Below the pieces are notes generated by a model. The model was not told the origin of the DNA. It worked only from the letters and a program-made list of their open reading frames with translations, and ran no database searches. Shown in pieces: positions 15,579 through 23,641 of a stretch of 32,000 bases of DNA (position 1 is its first letter; each line of letters starts with the position of its first letter). The translations under genes and the position numbers were made by a program. The DNA is taken from positions 2,370,001 through 2,402,000 of the forward strand of contig FP565575.1 of assembly GCA_000091165.1 (NCBI GenBank), read 5' to 3'. The stretch comes from Candidatus Methylomirabilis oxygeniifera (GTDB taxonomy: Bacteria > Methylomirabilota > Methylomirabilia > Methylomirabilales > Methylomirabilaceae).

Positions 15579-18095
15579 ATGAAGAGCATACAGAGGTTGT
15601 CAATCTATCTCATCATGGCGATAGGGATGTGGATCGGTACGGATGCCGACGCCAGTTCCGTGCAATCGCAAGACCCGGCCGCGATCTTTGCGCGAGCCTG
15701 CGCGACCTGTCATGGCGCAAAGGGTCTCGGAGGTGTCTCGTGGGTCAAGAATAATTCGCGGGATCAGCGAACGGCTCCCCAAATTGCGGGCCACCCTGCA
15801 GACAGCATCAAAGCGATGGTCAGAAGAGGGTCGGAGAATGCCGCAATGCCCGGATTTGGGGTACAGGAGATTACGGATGCCGAGCTGGACGCCTTGGCAA
15901 CCTTTATTCAGGATAACTCGAGCAGCATACCGACACCGGTGAAACCCAGCGGAAAACAGGTGGCCCTGTATGTGCTGGATGCCGATCCATGGTTTACGGA
16001 TCGTGGCGCCGACAATGATGCGGATCCGTTTAATGACGTGAGAAGAGTCGTGCTGGAGCCAGGCCAATACCTGAAGGTTATCAATACCGGTCGCACCTGG
16101 CACAGTTTCACCAGTCTTGAGTCCGGCAAAGACTCCGGATTTATCGGTTACGCCGGGAACTACAAGAATAAGACCAAGGATCTGAATCAGAACCGAAAGG
16201 CAGGTATGGGTTTCTACTACGCCGACCAGACGGCCGGCCTCGCATCGGGCTGCAATAAGTACATTTGTAAGATCCACCCGTACATGACGGTTGAAGTCTG
16301 CACCGCCGGTAGCACCCCGAAAGGGCCGAACGATGTGCTCGGCTTAACGCGGGCGCACAAGCAGCCCCTTGGGCTTCCATCAGTCCCAGGAATCGGCGAT
16401 GAGATATGGGTCAGTGCCCAAAGTCAGGAGGAAGTGGGCGAAAAGACGACGAAAATCAAAAAGAAATCAGTCCGCGACTTTGATGGCGCTTACCAGGTCA
16501 TCAATACCGCTACCTGGAATGTCACCCGCGTCCCCAATGTCGGCAATAACCCACACAATTCCTGGCCGGGTCATACCGCGACGCGGGACGTGGTCGTCTC
16601 AACCAACTGGCATGACAACAGACTGACGTTGATGGATGCCACAACCAAGACCGTTGTCAGGGAATTCCGGTCTGGCGCCACCAACGCGCACGTGATGGCG
16701 GTGCCAGGCGTCGCAAATCGGGATACCTGGTTTGTGAGCCATATGGGCGGTAAGGCGATGGCCGAAATCAGTGTGGACCTGCTTGAACTGGGGACCGACC
16801 CGAATGTCGGCCTCTTGCGTGGCGCGCCAGGGCCTCACGGTCTGTGGATGTGCGACGATACGTATCACTTTATCGTTGCCGACACCTTCAATAACTCGGC
16901 ATCCATGTATGATATCGATTTCGGAAACGTTGCCACCACCGCTACCGGTGGAACGATCCCCCTGGCGACGGGCATCAAGAACGGTTTCGGGCCTGGAGGG
17001 TGCACAAAGGGCTTTGCGGCGAATGCCGGGACCGCCGATCTTGCGGTCTACAATATCACCCCCACCTTGGGCGCCGAGGAGCTTGACCGCGATACGACTT
17101 GGTCTGCCGAACACGCAAATGGCGTCCATAAGAACGTCGCCGGAAACATTGCGCTCAGAGCGACAGACCCCGGAACGGATGTGGCGTCACCCCATGCGCT
17201 TCTGCCGGCAGAAACCATCGAGCAGAAACGGTGGTCCCATCTGCCGATTCAGAGCCCGGTCAGCCCCGTCGACGCCACGACCCACGGGCGTTTCATGGTG
17301 ACGGCCAACAAGGCCAGCTTTAATGTTGTGATTACCGGCCTGGATCCCAGCGGTCGTCCGTGGGGTGTCTTCACCGCACCGGCCGGTCTTGGCGCCCACG
17401 GTGTCAGCTTCGGTAAAAAGAATCGGTGTGACACCAATAACGATGGCGTGGAGGATACGGATGCCTCTGCAGCCGTGATCTGCTATTACGCGTTTGTTAC
17501 CAACACCTTCGAGGATTATGTTAGTGTCTACGATCTGGAGAAGGTCGATGTGAATGACGACAGGGTCATCAACAATCCTGCTGGGTTGGGTATGCAGGGA
17601 CCAGGTTCGGCGCTCTTGACCGAGAACGTCTATCTCGAAGGTGGGGCGGTCGCTGCGGTCGTTGCTCTCGATCCTGGCGTTGCAGGGCTCTGCGGGTCCG
17701 TTCTGAAGTGCGGTACTGGGCCAACCGGTGGAACGTATATCTCGAATCTCCCCATTGGAATCCTTTGTCCGGATTGCCGCAGCGGGGTACACGTTGGCGA
17801 TATTCCGCTCACGCTGACCACCGGCGCGCCGCTGGCCGGTCCTGCAGATACCGTTGCCAACAGCGGTGCCAATGCGAAGTATGTTTATCTGAAGGAGCCC
17901 GTATGGGTAGATACGATGACCGTGGGATGCGCCTTGTCGGCAAACGACTGCGACAATACTGCAGGCGAACCGTTCGGAGCGGGCACAGAAGTAGGAAACC
18001 TGAACACACAAGTGACACTTGACTTGGAGCTTGGAACGAATACGGGCGCTCAGGGTATTGTGGTACGACCGGCTTCAGCGCCGTGGACGCCGTAG
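15579..18095 (+). CDS. Secreted fusion protein: class I cytochrome c + amicyanin-like type-1 Cu cupredoxin + YVTN-like beta-propeller + Cys-paired C-terminal domain
   Basis: GAAGGAG SD 9 nt upstream. Sec signal peptide ending ...TDADA. Heme motif CATCH (15699-15713) with downstream AAMPGF. Type-1 Cu ligands H175 (TWHSF, 16101) and C230-K-I-H233-P-Y-M236 (16266-16286). Recurrent propeller-blade motifs are NPHNSW...VVVSTNWHDNRLTLMD, GPHGLWM...HFIVADTFNNSASMYD and GAHGVSF...YAFVTNTFEDYVSVYD. The C-terminal ~140 aa carry three closely spaced Cys pairs. Confidence 0.8.
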   Translation: MKSIQRLSIYLIMAIGMWIGTDADASSVQSQDPAAIFARACATCHGAKGLGGVSWVKNNSRDQRTAPQIAGHPADSIKAMVRRGSENAAMPGFGVQEITDAELDALATFIQDNSSSIPTPVKPSGKQVALYVLDADPWFTDRGADNDADPFNDVRRVVLEPGQYLKVINTGRTWHSFTSLESGKDSGFIGYAGNYKNKTKDLNQNRKAGMGFYYADQTAGLASGCNKYICKIHPYMTVEVCTAGSTPKGPNDVLGLTRAHKQPLGLPSVPGIGDEIWVSAQSQEEVGEKTTKIKKKSVRDFDGAYQVINTATWNVTRVPNVGNNPHNSWPGHTATRDVVVSTNWHDNRLTLMDATTKTVVREFRSGATNAHVMAVPGVANRDTWFVSHMGGKAMAEISVDLLELGTDPNVGLLRGAPGPHGLWMCDDTYHFIVADTFNNSASMYDIDFGNVATTATGGTIPLATGIKNGFGPGGCTKGFAANAGTADLAVYNITPTLGAEELDRDTTWSAEHANGVHKNVAGNIALRATDPGTDVASPHALLPAETIEQKRWSHLPIQSPVSPVDATTHGRFMVTANKASFNVVITGLDPSGRPWGVFTAPAGLGAHGVSFGKKNRCDTNNDGVEDTDASAAVICYYAFVTNTFEDYVSVYDLEKVDVNDDRVINNPAGLGMQGPGSALLTENVYLEGGAVAAVVALDPGVAGLCGSVLKCGTGPTGGTYISNLPIGILCPDCRSGVHVGDIPLTLTTGAPLAGPADTVANSGANAKYVYLKEPVWVDTMTVGCALSANDCDNTAGEPFGAGTEVGNLNTQVTLDLELGTNTGAQGIVVRPASAPWTP

Positions 18096-18122
18096 CTCCT
18101 CCATTGGGTTGCGGTTATTATC

Positions 18123-18155
18123 ATGAGGAGGGGATGCCAAACATCCCCTCCTCAT
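18123..18155 (+). terminator. Rho-independent terminator of the MCO operon
   Basis: Perfect 14-bp stem ATGAGGAGGGGATG / CATCCCCTCCTCAT with loop CCAAA, followed by TCTATTTC, 28 nt after the stop codon. Confidence 0.75.
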
Positions 18156-18167
18156 TCTATTTCAGAT

Positions 18168-18196
18168 TTGACAACCTGAGGTCCCTTCCGTACAAT
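18168..18196 (+). promoter_or_regulatory. Candidate sigma70 promoter for the nucleotide-sugar cluster
   Basis: TTGACA-N17-TACAAT, a near-consensus match, about 115 nt upstream of the rmlA GTG. Confidence 0.6.
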
Positions 18197-18315
18197 TCTC
18201 CCCGTCCTACAAATACATTGAATCTTCCCGCCAGTTCAGACTTAACATTTACAGAAGAACGCGTTGCGTAACGCCCTGCTAATAGGATGACGATCAGCGC
18301 GGTCGAGGAAATATC

Positions 18316-19380
18316 GTGAAAGCATTGATCTTGAGCGGAGGCAAGGGCACCCGTCTACGTCCGATTACCCATACCAGCGCCAAGCAACTCGTACCGATCG
18401 CCAATAAACCGATCCTCTTCTATGCGCTCGAAGCCATGGCGGAAGCCAAGATTCTGGAGGTGGGGATTGTGGTGGGCGATACCAAGCGCGAGATTCAGGA
18501 AGCGGTGAGGGACGGCGCACAGTGGGGCCTCAAGGTCTCGTATATCGAGCAGGAAGCGCCCCTGGGGCTGGCCCATGCCGTGAAGATCGCTGAGCCGTTT
18601 CTGGCGAATCATCCCTTTGTGATGTACCTCGGAGACAACCTGATCAAGGACGGAATCGGTTCACTGGTAGAAGAGTTCAGACGATTGGGGGCCAACTCTC
18701 AGATTCTCCTGGCAAGGGTTCGTGATCCACAACGATTCGGCGTGGCAGAGCTTCGAGATGGTCGCGTCATCTCTCTGGAGGAGAAGCCGGCGAGCCCTAG
18801 AAGTGACCTGGCGCTTGTGGGTGTCTACATGTTCGACCATACCATCTTCGGGGCAGTGAACGCCATCCAACCTTCGCACCGAGGCGAGCTGGAAATCACC
18901 GATGCCATTCAGTATCTGATCGACAACGGCTATCAGGTCCATCCTCATGTCATCAGCGGCTGGTGGAAAGATACCGGGAAACTCGAGGACATGCTCGAGG
19001 CCAACCGAATCATGTTGGAGACAATTATCTCCAGGGTAGATGGAGAAGTGGATGAGGTCTCGCGCCTGATCGGCAAGGTGGTCGTAGAGGAGGGGGCACG
19101 CGTGACGGGCAGCACGATTCGAGGGCCGGTCATCATCGGCAAACGTTGCCGCATCGTCAACTCATATATTGGGCCCTTTACTTCCATCTATCACGATACA
19201 CTTGTCTGCAATAGCGAGCTCGAGCACAGCATCATCCTCGACCAGTGCCGGATTACCGATATCGGCGGGCGGTTGGAGGATAGCCTCATCGGAAAGAATG
19301 TCGAGGTGTTCCGATCCGACGGGAAACCGAAGGCCTACCGCCTGATGCTTGGGGACAGCAGTCAGGTGGGATTGGTATAA
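18316..19380 (+). CDS. rmlA: Glucose-1-phosphate thymidylyltransferase, long form with a C-terminal left-handed beta-helix
   Basis: LILSGGKGTRLRPITHTSAKQLVPIANKP nucleotidyltransferase motif. 354 aa with hexapeptide-like C-terminal repeats. GTG start after GAGGAA. Confidence 0.85.
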   Translation: MKALILSGGKGTRLRPITHTSAKQLVPIANKPILFYALEAMAEAKILEVGIVVGDTKREIQEAVRDGAQWGLKVSYIEQEAPLGLAHAVKIAEPFLANHPFVMYLGDNLIKDGIGSLVEEFRRLGANSQILLARVRDPQRFGVAELRDGRVISLEEKPASPRSDLALVGVYMFDHTIFGAVNAIQPSHRGELEITDAIQYLIDNGYQVHPHVISGWWKDTGKLEDMLEANRIMLETIISRVDGEVDEVSRLIGKVVVEEGARVTGSTIRGPVIIGKRCRIVNSYIGPFTSIYHDTLVCNSELEHSIILDQCRITDIGGRLEDSLIGKNVEVFRSDGKPKAYRLMLGDSSQVGLV

Positions 19381-19391
19381 CAACGTTCAAC

Positions 19392-19865
19392 GTGCGAGGT
19401 GCGATGACGCTTATTGATGGCGTGCAAACCAGGCTGTTGCGCCGGGTTCCTGATGAGCGCGGTTTCCTCACAGAGCTGCTTCGCAGTGACTGGGAGGAGT
19501 TCGAGCGGTTCGGACAAGCATATATCACGGCGGCCTATCCAGGGGTGGTAAAAGGGTGGCACTACCACAAGAAGCAGACCGACCACTTTGCAGGGGTGCT
19601 TGGGATGTCTAAGGTGGTCCTGTTCGATCCCCGTGATAACTCACCGACAAAAGGCCTCATCAATGAGTTCTTTATTGGGGAGCAGAATCCGACGTTGGTG
19701 AAGATCCCACCTCTGGTGATCCATGGGTATAAGCCTGTGGGCGACCGGATGTCGGCGATCGTAAATTTTCCGACTGAGCTCTACAATTATCAGGAGCCTG
19801 ATGAGTTTCGGATTCCCCATGATAGTCCGGATATCCCCTACGATTGGGCGGTAAAGCTGGGGTAG
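19392..19865 (+). CDS. dTDP-4-dehydrorhamnose 3,5-epimerase-family cupin (short form; could also be a 3,4-ketoisomerase)
   Basis: DERGFLTEL...YPGVVKGWHYHKKQTDHF...VVLFDPRDNSPTKG is the RmlC-like cupin core. It sits between rmlA and rmlB. The start is either the GTG at 19392 or the ATG at 19404. Confidence 0.65.
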   Translation: MRGAMTLIDGVQTRLLRRVPDERGFLTELLRSDWEEFERFGQAYITAAYPGVVKGWHYHKKQTDHFAGVLGMSKVVLFDPRDNSPTKGLINEFFIGEQNPTLVKIPPLVIHGYKPVGDRMSAIVNFPTELYNYQEPDEFRIPHDSPDIPYDWAVKLG

Positions 19866-19867
19866 CC

Positions 19868-20890
19868 ATGCGAATTCTCGTGACCGGCGGGGCTGGATTT
19901 ATCGGGTCGAATTTCATTCGCCATCTGCTGGCGACAGAATCGGCGTGCCACGTCGTGAACCTCGACAAGCTGACCTATGCCGGCAACCTCGAAAACCTGA
20001 CGGACGTTGAACACGATCCGCGGTACCGATTTGTCAAGGGAAGTATCTGCGACGCTCTGCTGGTGGATGAGCTGCTGAAAGAGGGATTCGATGCGCTGAT
20101 CAACTTTGCGGCTGAATCGCACGTTGATCGGAGTATCCAGGATGCGAGAGCGTTTACGGAAACCAATGTGCTTGGGACACAGGTGATGTTGGACGCGTGC
20201 CGCCGGCATCGGGTCCCAAGGATGATGCAGGTCTCGACGGATGAGGTATACGGGTCTCTCGGAGCATTCGGTCGTTTTACGGAGGAGAGTCCCCTCCACT
20301 CAAACAGTCCCTATGCAGCCAGTAAGGCGGCGGGGGACCTGCTGGCCCTGGCCTACTGTCGCACCTACGGGCTGCCGGTCATCATCACCCGGAGTTCTAA
20401 CAACTATGGCCCTCACCAGTTCCCGGAGAAGGTGATTCCACTCTTTATTACCAACGCCCTTGTTGGTGAACCGCTTCCGCTCTACGGCGACGGCCTCCAC
20501 ATCAGAGATTGGCTGCACGTACGGGACCATTGTGAGGCCTTGGCGCTGATTCTGAACAACGGAGTCTCCGGAGAGATCTACAATATCGGCGGTCGCTGCG
20601 AACGGGCCAACATTGATGTCGCACGCTTCATCCTGAGGACGCTTGGCAAGCCCGATACGTTGATCGCGCACGTCAAGGACCGGCTCGGACATGATCGGCG
20701 ATACGCCCTCGACGCGTCGAAACTTGAGCAGGCGCTGGGCTGGAGCCCTCGCATTGCCTTTGAGGCCGGGCTGGAGGAGACGGTCCGCTGGTACGAGGAT
20801 CACGCAACCTGGTGGAGGCGCATCAAGGCAGGGCAGTATCAGGAGTATTACCAGAAGACGTACGGGGACCTCTCTCGCGTCTCTCCATAA
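19868..20890 (+). CDS. rmlB: dTDP-glucose 4,6-dehydratase
   Basis: MRILVTGGAGFIGSNF Rossmann motif, STDEVYG, and YAASKAAGDLL (YxxxK). Start trimmed to the ATG at 19868. Confidence 0.92.
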   Translation: MRILVTGGAGFIGSNFIRHLLATESACHVVNLDKLTYAGNLENLTDVEHDPRYRFVKGSICDALLVDELLKEGFDALINFAAESHVDRSIQDARAFTETNVLGTQVMLDACRRHRVPRMMQVSTDEVYGSLGAFGRFTEESPLHSNSPYAASKAAGDLLALAYCRTYGLPVIITRSSNNYGPHQFPEKVIPLFITNALVGEPLPLYGDGLHIRDWLHVRDHCEALALILNNGVSGEIYNIGGRCERANIDVARFILRTLGKPDTLIAHVKDRLGHDRRYALDASKLEQALGWSPRIAFEAGLEETVRWYEDHATWWRRIKAGQYQEYYQKTYGDLSRVSP

Positions 20891-20962
20891 TGTGTCCTGG
20901 ACCTCGGGCCACCCATACGTCCTGACAATCGGTTTCGTTCACAGGTCACGCCAAGCTCGTGC

Positions 20963-21370
20963 GTGACACTCCAAGACGCTATGGACGCTAAAGATGCAAT
21001 AGACGCAATTTCCGGGCACACGGCGCTGACCGGAATACGGCCCTGGGGATGCTGGACAGTCCTTGGGGAGGGGGAAGGGTATAAGGTCAAGCGGATTGAG
21101 GTCAACCAGGGCCATCGGTTGAGTCTGCAGCGCCATACCCACCGAAGCGAGCATTGGATTGTCGTGGCCGGTACGGCCCGAATCATCATTGGGGACCGGA
21201 CCACGTTGGTTCAGACTCAGGAATCGACATTTGTACCGGCAGGAACGGCCCACCGGATCGAGAACCCCGGTCCGCACCCGCTGATCATTATCGAGATTCA
21301 AAACGGCCTCTACCTCGGAGAAGATGATATTGTCCGACTTCAAGACGACTACGGGCGGAGTGACGGATAG
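20963..21370 (+). CDS. Stand-alone mannose-6-phosphate isomerase type II cupin domain
   Basis: RPWGCWTVL...YKVKRIEVNQGHRLSLQRHTHRSEHWIVVAGTA...FVPAGTAHRIENPG...LIIIEIQNG matches the C-terminal cupin of bifunctional ManC/PMI-GMP enzymes. The start (GTG at 20963 or ATG at 20981) is uncertain. Confidence 0.8.
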   Translation: MTLQDAMDAKDAIDAISGHTALTGIRPWGCWTVLGEGEGYKVKRIEVNQGHRLSLQRHTHRSEHWIVVAGTARIIIGDRTTLVQTQESTFVPAGTAHRIENPGPHPLIIIEIQNGLYLGEDDIVRLQDDYGRSDG

Positions 21371-22433
21371 GGGCGAACGTTACGTCACCTCGTCCGTGTA
21401 TGCCGTGGTACTCGCCGGCGGGAGGGGTGAGCGCTTCTGGCCGGTCAGCACCGACGCACAACCGAAGGCCTTCCTCCGTTTGGTTGGGAACGAGTCGCTC
21501 CTGCAGGTGACGGTCCGGCGGATGCGACTCCTGCTACCTTGGACACAGATTATCGTCGCAGTTAGCCGAACGCACGCTGAACTCGTTCGAGCGCAACTCC
21601 CGGAGCTTCCCGCCAAGAATCTTCTGCTCGAGCCGCATGGCAGGGACACTGCAGCAGCCATCGGCCTGGCCTCACTGCATATCGAGCGGCTTGATCCCGA
21701 CGCAATGATGATCGTCATGCCGGCAGACCATTATGTCCCCGACGGTGACGCGTTGGTGACAGTCCTGCGACGAGCTCTCGACCTGTGTGCCTCGCACCAG
21801 GACTGGGTTGTCACAGTTGGAATCCCCCCGACCCGGCCGGAGACCGGCTACGGGTATCTGGAGGTCGGTGGGCCGCTTGCCCAGCCTCCCAACGCTTTTC
21901 ACGTCAATCGATTTCTGGAGAAACCGGATCGACAGACGGCCGAGCATCTGGTGACAGATGGGCGGCACTACTGGAATAGCGGGATTTTTCTGTGGCGGAA
22001 TAGTACTATCCAGAGCTTGCTGGCTCAGCATATGCCGGATGTATGGGCAGGCCTGTGTCGTGTTCGCGAGGCGTGGGAGGTGCAGGAGGTACTGGTCCGC
22101 GAATATAATGCGTTTCACAAGCAGTCGGTGGACTACGGCGTATTGGAGCGAATGGAAAGAGGGGTTGCGATGGTCAGGGCCGATTTTGCCTGGGACGATC
22201 TCGGGACCTGGGATGCATTGGCTCGGGTGCTGCCTGTGGACGATGGCGGTAATGTGATCGTCGGCGAGGCGCAGCTCCTCGACACCGGTCGGTCGGTTAT
22301 TGTGTCGACGGGGCCGCGGGTAGCTGTTGTCGGGCTGTCGGAGATTATTGTGGTAGCAACCAAAGATGGCGTACTGGTCTGCCCCAAGGGGCGGGCCCAG
22401 GAGGTCAGAAGGCTTGCGCGGAACGCCTCATGA
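21324..22433 (+). CDS. manC: Mannose-1-phosphate guanylyltransferase (nucleotidyltransferase domain only)
   Basis: [17 protein letters not shown]..., ...PADHYV..., GYGYLE... The start is uncertain: the track start overlaps the cupin gene by 47 nt, and in-frame GTGs occur at 21360 and 21396. Confidence 0.85.
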   Translation: MILSDFKTTTGGVTDRGERYVTSSVYAVVLAGGRGERFWPVSTDAQPKAFLRLVGNESLLQVTVRRMRLLLPWTQIIVAVSRTHAELVRAQLPELPAKNLLLEPHGRDTAAAIGLASLHIERLDPDAMMIVMPADHYVPDGDALVTVLRRALDLCASHQDWVVTVGIPPTRPETGYGYLEVGGPLAQPPNAFHVNRFLEKPDRQTAEHLVTDGRHYWNSGIFLWRNSTIQSLLAQHMPDVWAGLCRVREAWEVQEVLVREYNAFHKQSVDYGVLERMERGVAMVRADFAWDDLGTWDALARVLPVDDGGNVIVGEAQLLDTGRSVIVSTGPRVAVVGLSEIIVVATKDGVLVCPKGRAQEVRRLARNAS

Positions 22434-22642
22434 CTGCGTGGCGGGCGTTCATTACCGGCATCATGGGTCAGGACGGCTCTTACCTGGCTGAACTTCTGCT
22501 GCAGAAAGGATACGCGGTCGCCGGGATGGTACGGCGGTCGAGCGCCGAGTCTTACGTTTCGAGTCGACCGAATGTATATGAAATCGGAGTCTGGCAGGTC
22601 CTCGGCCGGAAACCCGACGCCCATAGCTTGGAGGGTAAGTGA
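22430..22642 (+). pseudogene. gmd: GDP-mannose 4,6-dehydratase relic (70 codons)
   Basis: [33 protein letters not shown] matches the Gmd N-terminal Rossmann motif, but full-length Gmd is ~340-370 aa. The tail ...RPNVYE...VLGRKPD resembles the Gmd C-terminal ...RP-EV-...LGWKP-. ATGA overlap with manC and TGATG overlap with uxs. Confidence 0.7.
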
Positions 22643-23610
22643 TGCCACGTACGCTGATTACCGGCGGCGCCGGGTTCCTTGGCTCTCACCTGTGCGACCG
22701 ATTGATCAAGGAAGGACACCAGGTCATCTGCCTCGATAACCTGATCACCGGTATGGTAGATAATGTGGCCCACCTGATCGGGCATGATGCGTTCCGGTTC
22801 ATTAAGCTGGATGTGACTGAGTACCTGTATATCGACGGCCCGCTGGATTATGTGCTCCATTTCGCCTCTCCGGCCAGTCCCATTGATTACCAGCGCCTTC
22901 CGATCCAGACGCTGAAGGTCGGCTCCCTTGGGACGCACAAGGCCCTTGGGCTGGCCAAGGCCAAAGGCGCCCGCTTCCTGCTGGCGTCGACTTCAGAGGT
23001 CTACGGCGACCCCACCATTCACCCGCAGCGGGAGGAGTACTGGGGCAACGTGAATCCGGTCGGCCCACGTGGGGTATATGATGAGGCGAAGCGGTTCGCC
23101 GAGGCGATGACCATGGCCTATCACCGATACCATGGGCTCGATACTCGGATTGCCAGGATCTTCAATACGTATGGACCCCGAATGCGGCCGAACGACGGTC
23201 GGGTTGTATCCAACTTCATCAACCAGGCGTTACGTGGGGAGCCCGTAACGGTCTATGGCGACGGATCACAGACCCGAAGCTTTTGTTACGTTTCCGATCT
23301 GGTTGAGGGGTTGTACCGGCTGTTGATGTCGGGAGAGGTCAACCCGGTGAACATCGGGAATCCTAAGGAATTTACGGTGCTCGATCTCGCCCATATGGTC
23401 CTGAAGGCGGTCGGCGGTCCATCCACTGATTCGACAGGGCCCACCACAGGCATTGAACTCCGTCCGTTGCCGGTGGATGATCCTAGAGTTCGTCAGCCGG
23501 ATATCGGTCTGGCACAGGAGAAATTCGGCTGGGAGCCGAAGGTGCAGATTGCTGAAGGGCTGGCGTTGACCATCGAATACTTCCGCAAGCAATTGACGAG
23601 TTTTTCCTAA
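22642..23610 (+). CDS. uxs: UDP-glucuronate decarboxylase (UDP-xylose synthase)-like SDR
   Basis: [68 protein letters not shown] and [16 protein letters not shown] are UXS family hallmarks. ATG at 22642, 7 nt after GGAGG. Confidence 0.88.
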   Translation: MPRTLITGGAGFLGSHLCDRLIKEGHQVICLDNLITGMVDNVAHLIGHDAFRFIKLDVTEYLYIDGPLDYVLHFASPASPIDYQRLPIQTLKVGSLGTHKALGLAKAKGARFLLASTSEVYGDPTIHPQREEYWGNVNPVGPRGVYDEAKRFAEAMTMAYHRYHGLDTRIARIFNTYGPRMRPNDGRVVSNFINQALRGEPVTVYGDGSQTRSFCYVSDLVEGLYRLLMSGEVNPVNIGNPKEFTVLDLAHMVLKAVGGPSTDSTGPTTGIELRPLPVDDPRVRQPDIGLAQEKFGWEPKVQIAEGLALTIEYFRKQLTSFS

Positions 23611-23641
23611 ACCCTCTACCCTACACCTTAACCCCTTGTAT

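Noticed and set aside
13102-18011. Long minus-strand ORFs inside the MCO and fusion genes (13102-13527, 15600-16277, 16599-17129, 17187-18011, among others)
   Set aside because: They lie antisense to ORFs with unmistakable Cu and heme motifs. Their products are low-complexity and Arg/Pro/Gly-rich with no recognisable domains or SD sequences. This is the typical antisense-ORF artefact of GC-rich DNA.
18083-18271. 62-aa plus-strand ORF after the fusion gene
   Set aside because: It runs through the terminator hairpin and the rmlA promoter, and has no SD sequence or recognisable product.
12463-18315. Calling the MCO operon a horizontally acquired island
   Set aside because: The coding GC content and codon style look like the rest of the window by eye. 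The AT-rich flanks resemble other intergenic regions here. No integrase, tRNA or direct repeats are present. A quantitative composition analysis would be needed to support the claim.
23611-23641. Heptad-like ACCCTCT ACCCTAC ACCTTAA run between the convergent uxs and ilvE genes
   Set aside because: It is only ~3 loose units, has no inverted partner, and has a different unit from the CTGANNG family. It is too weak to call.
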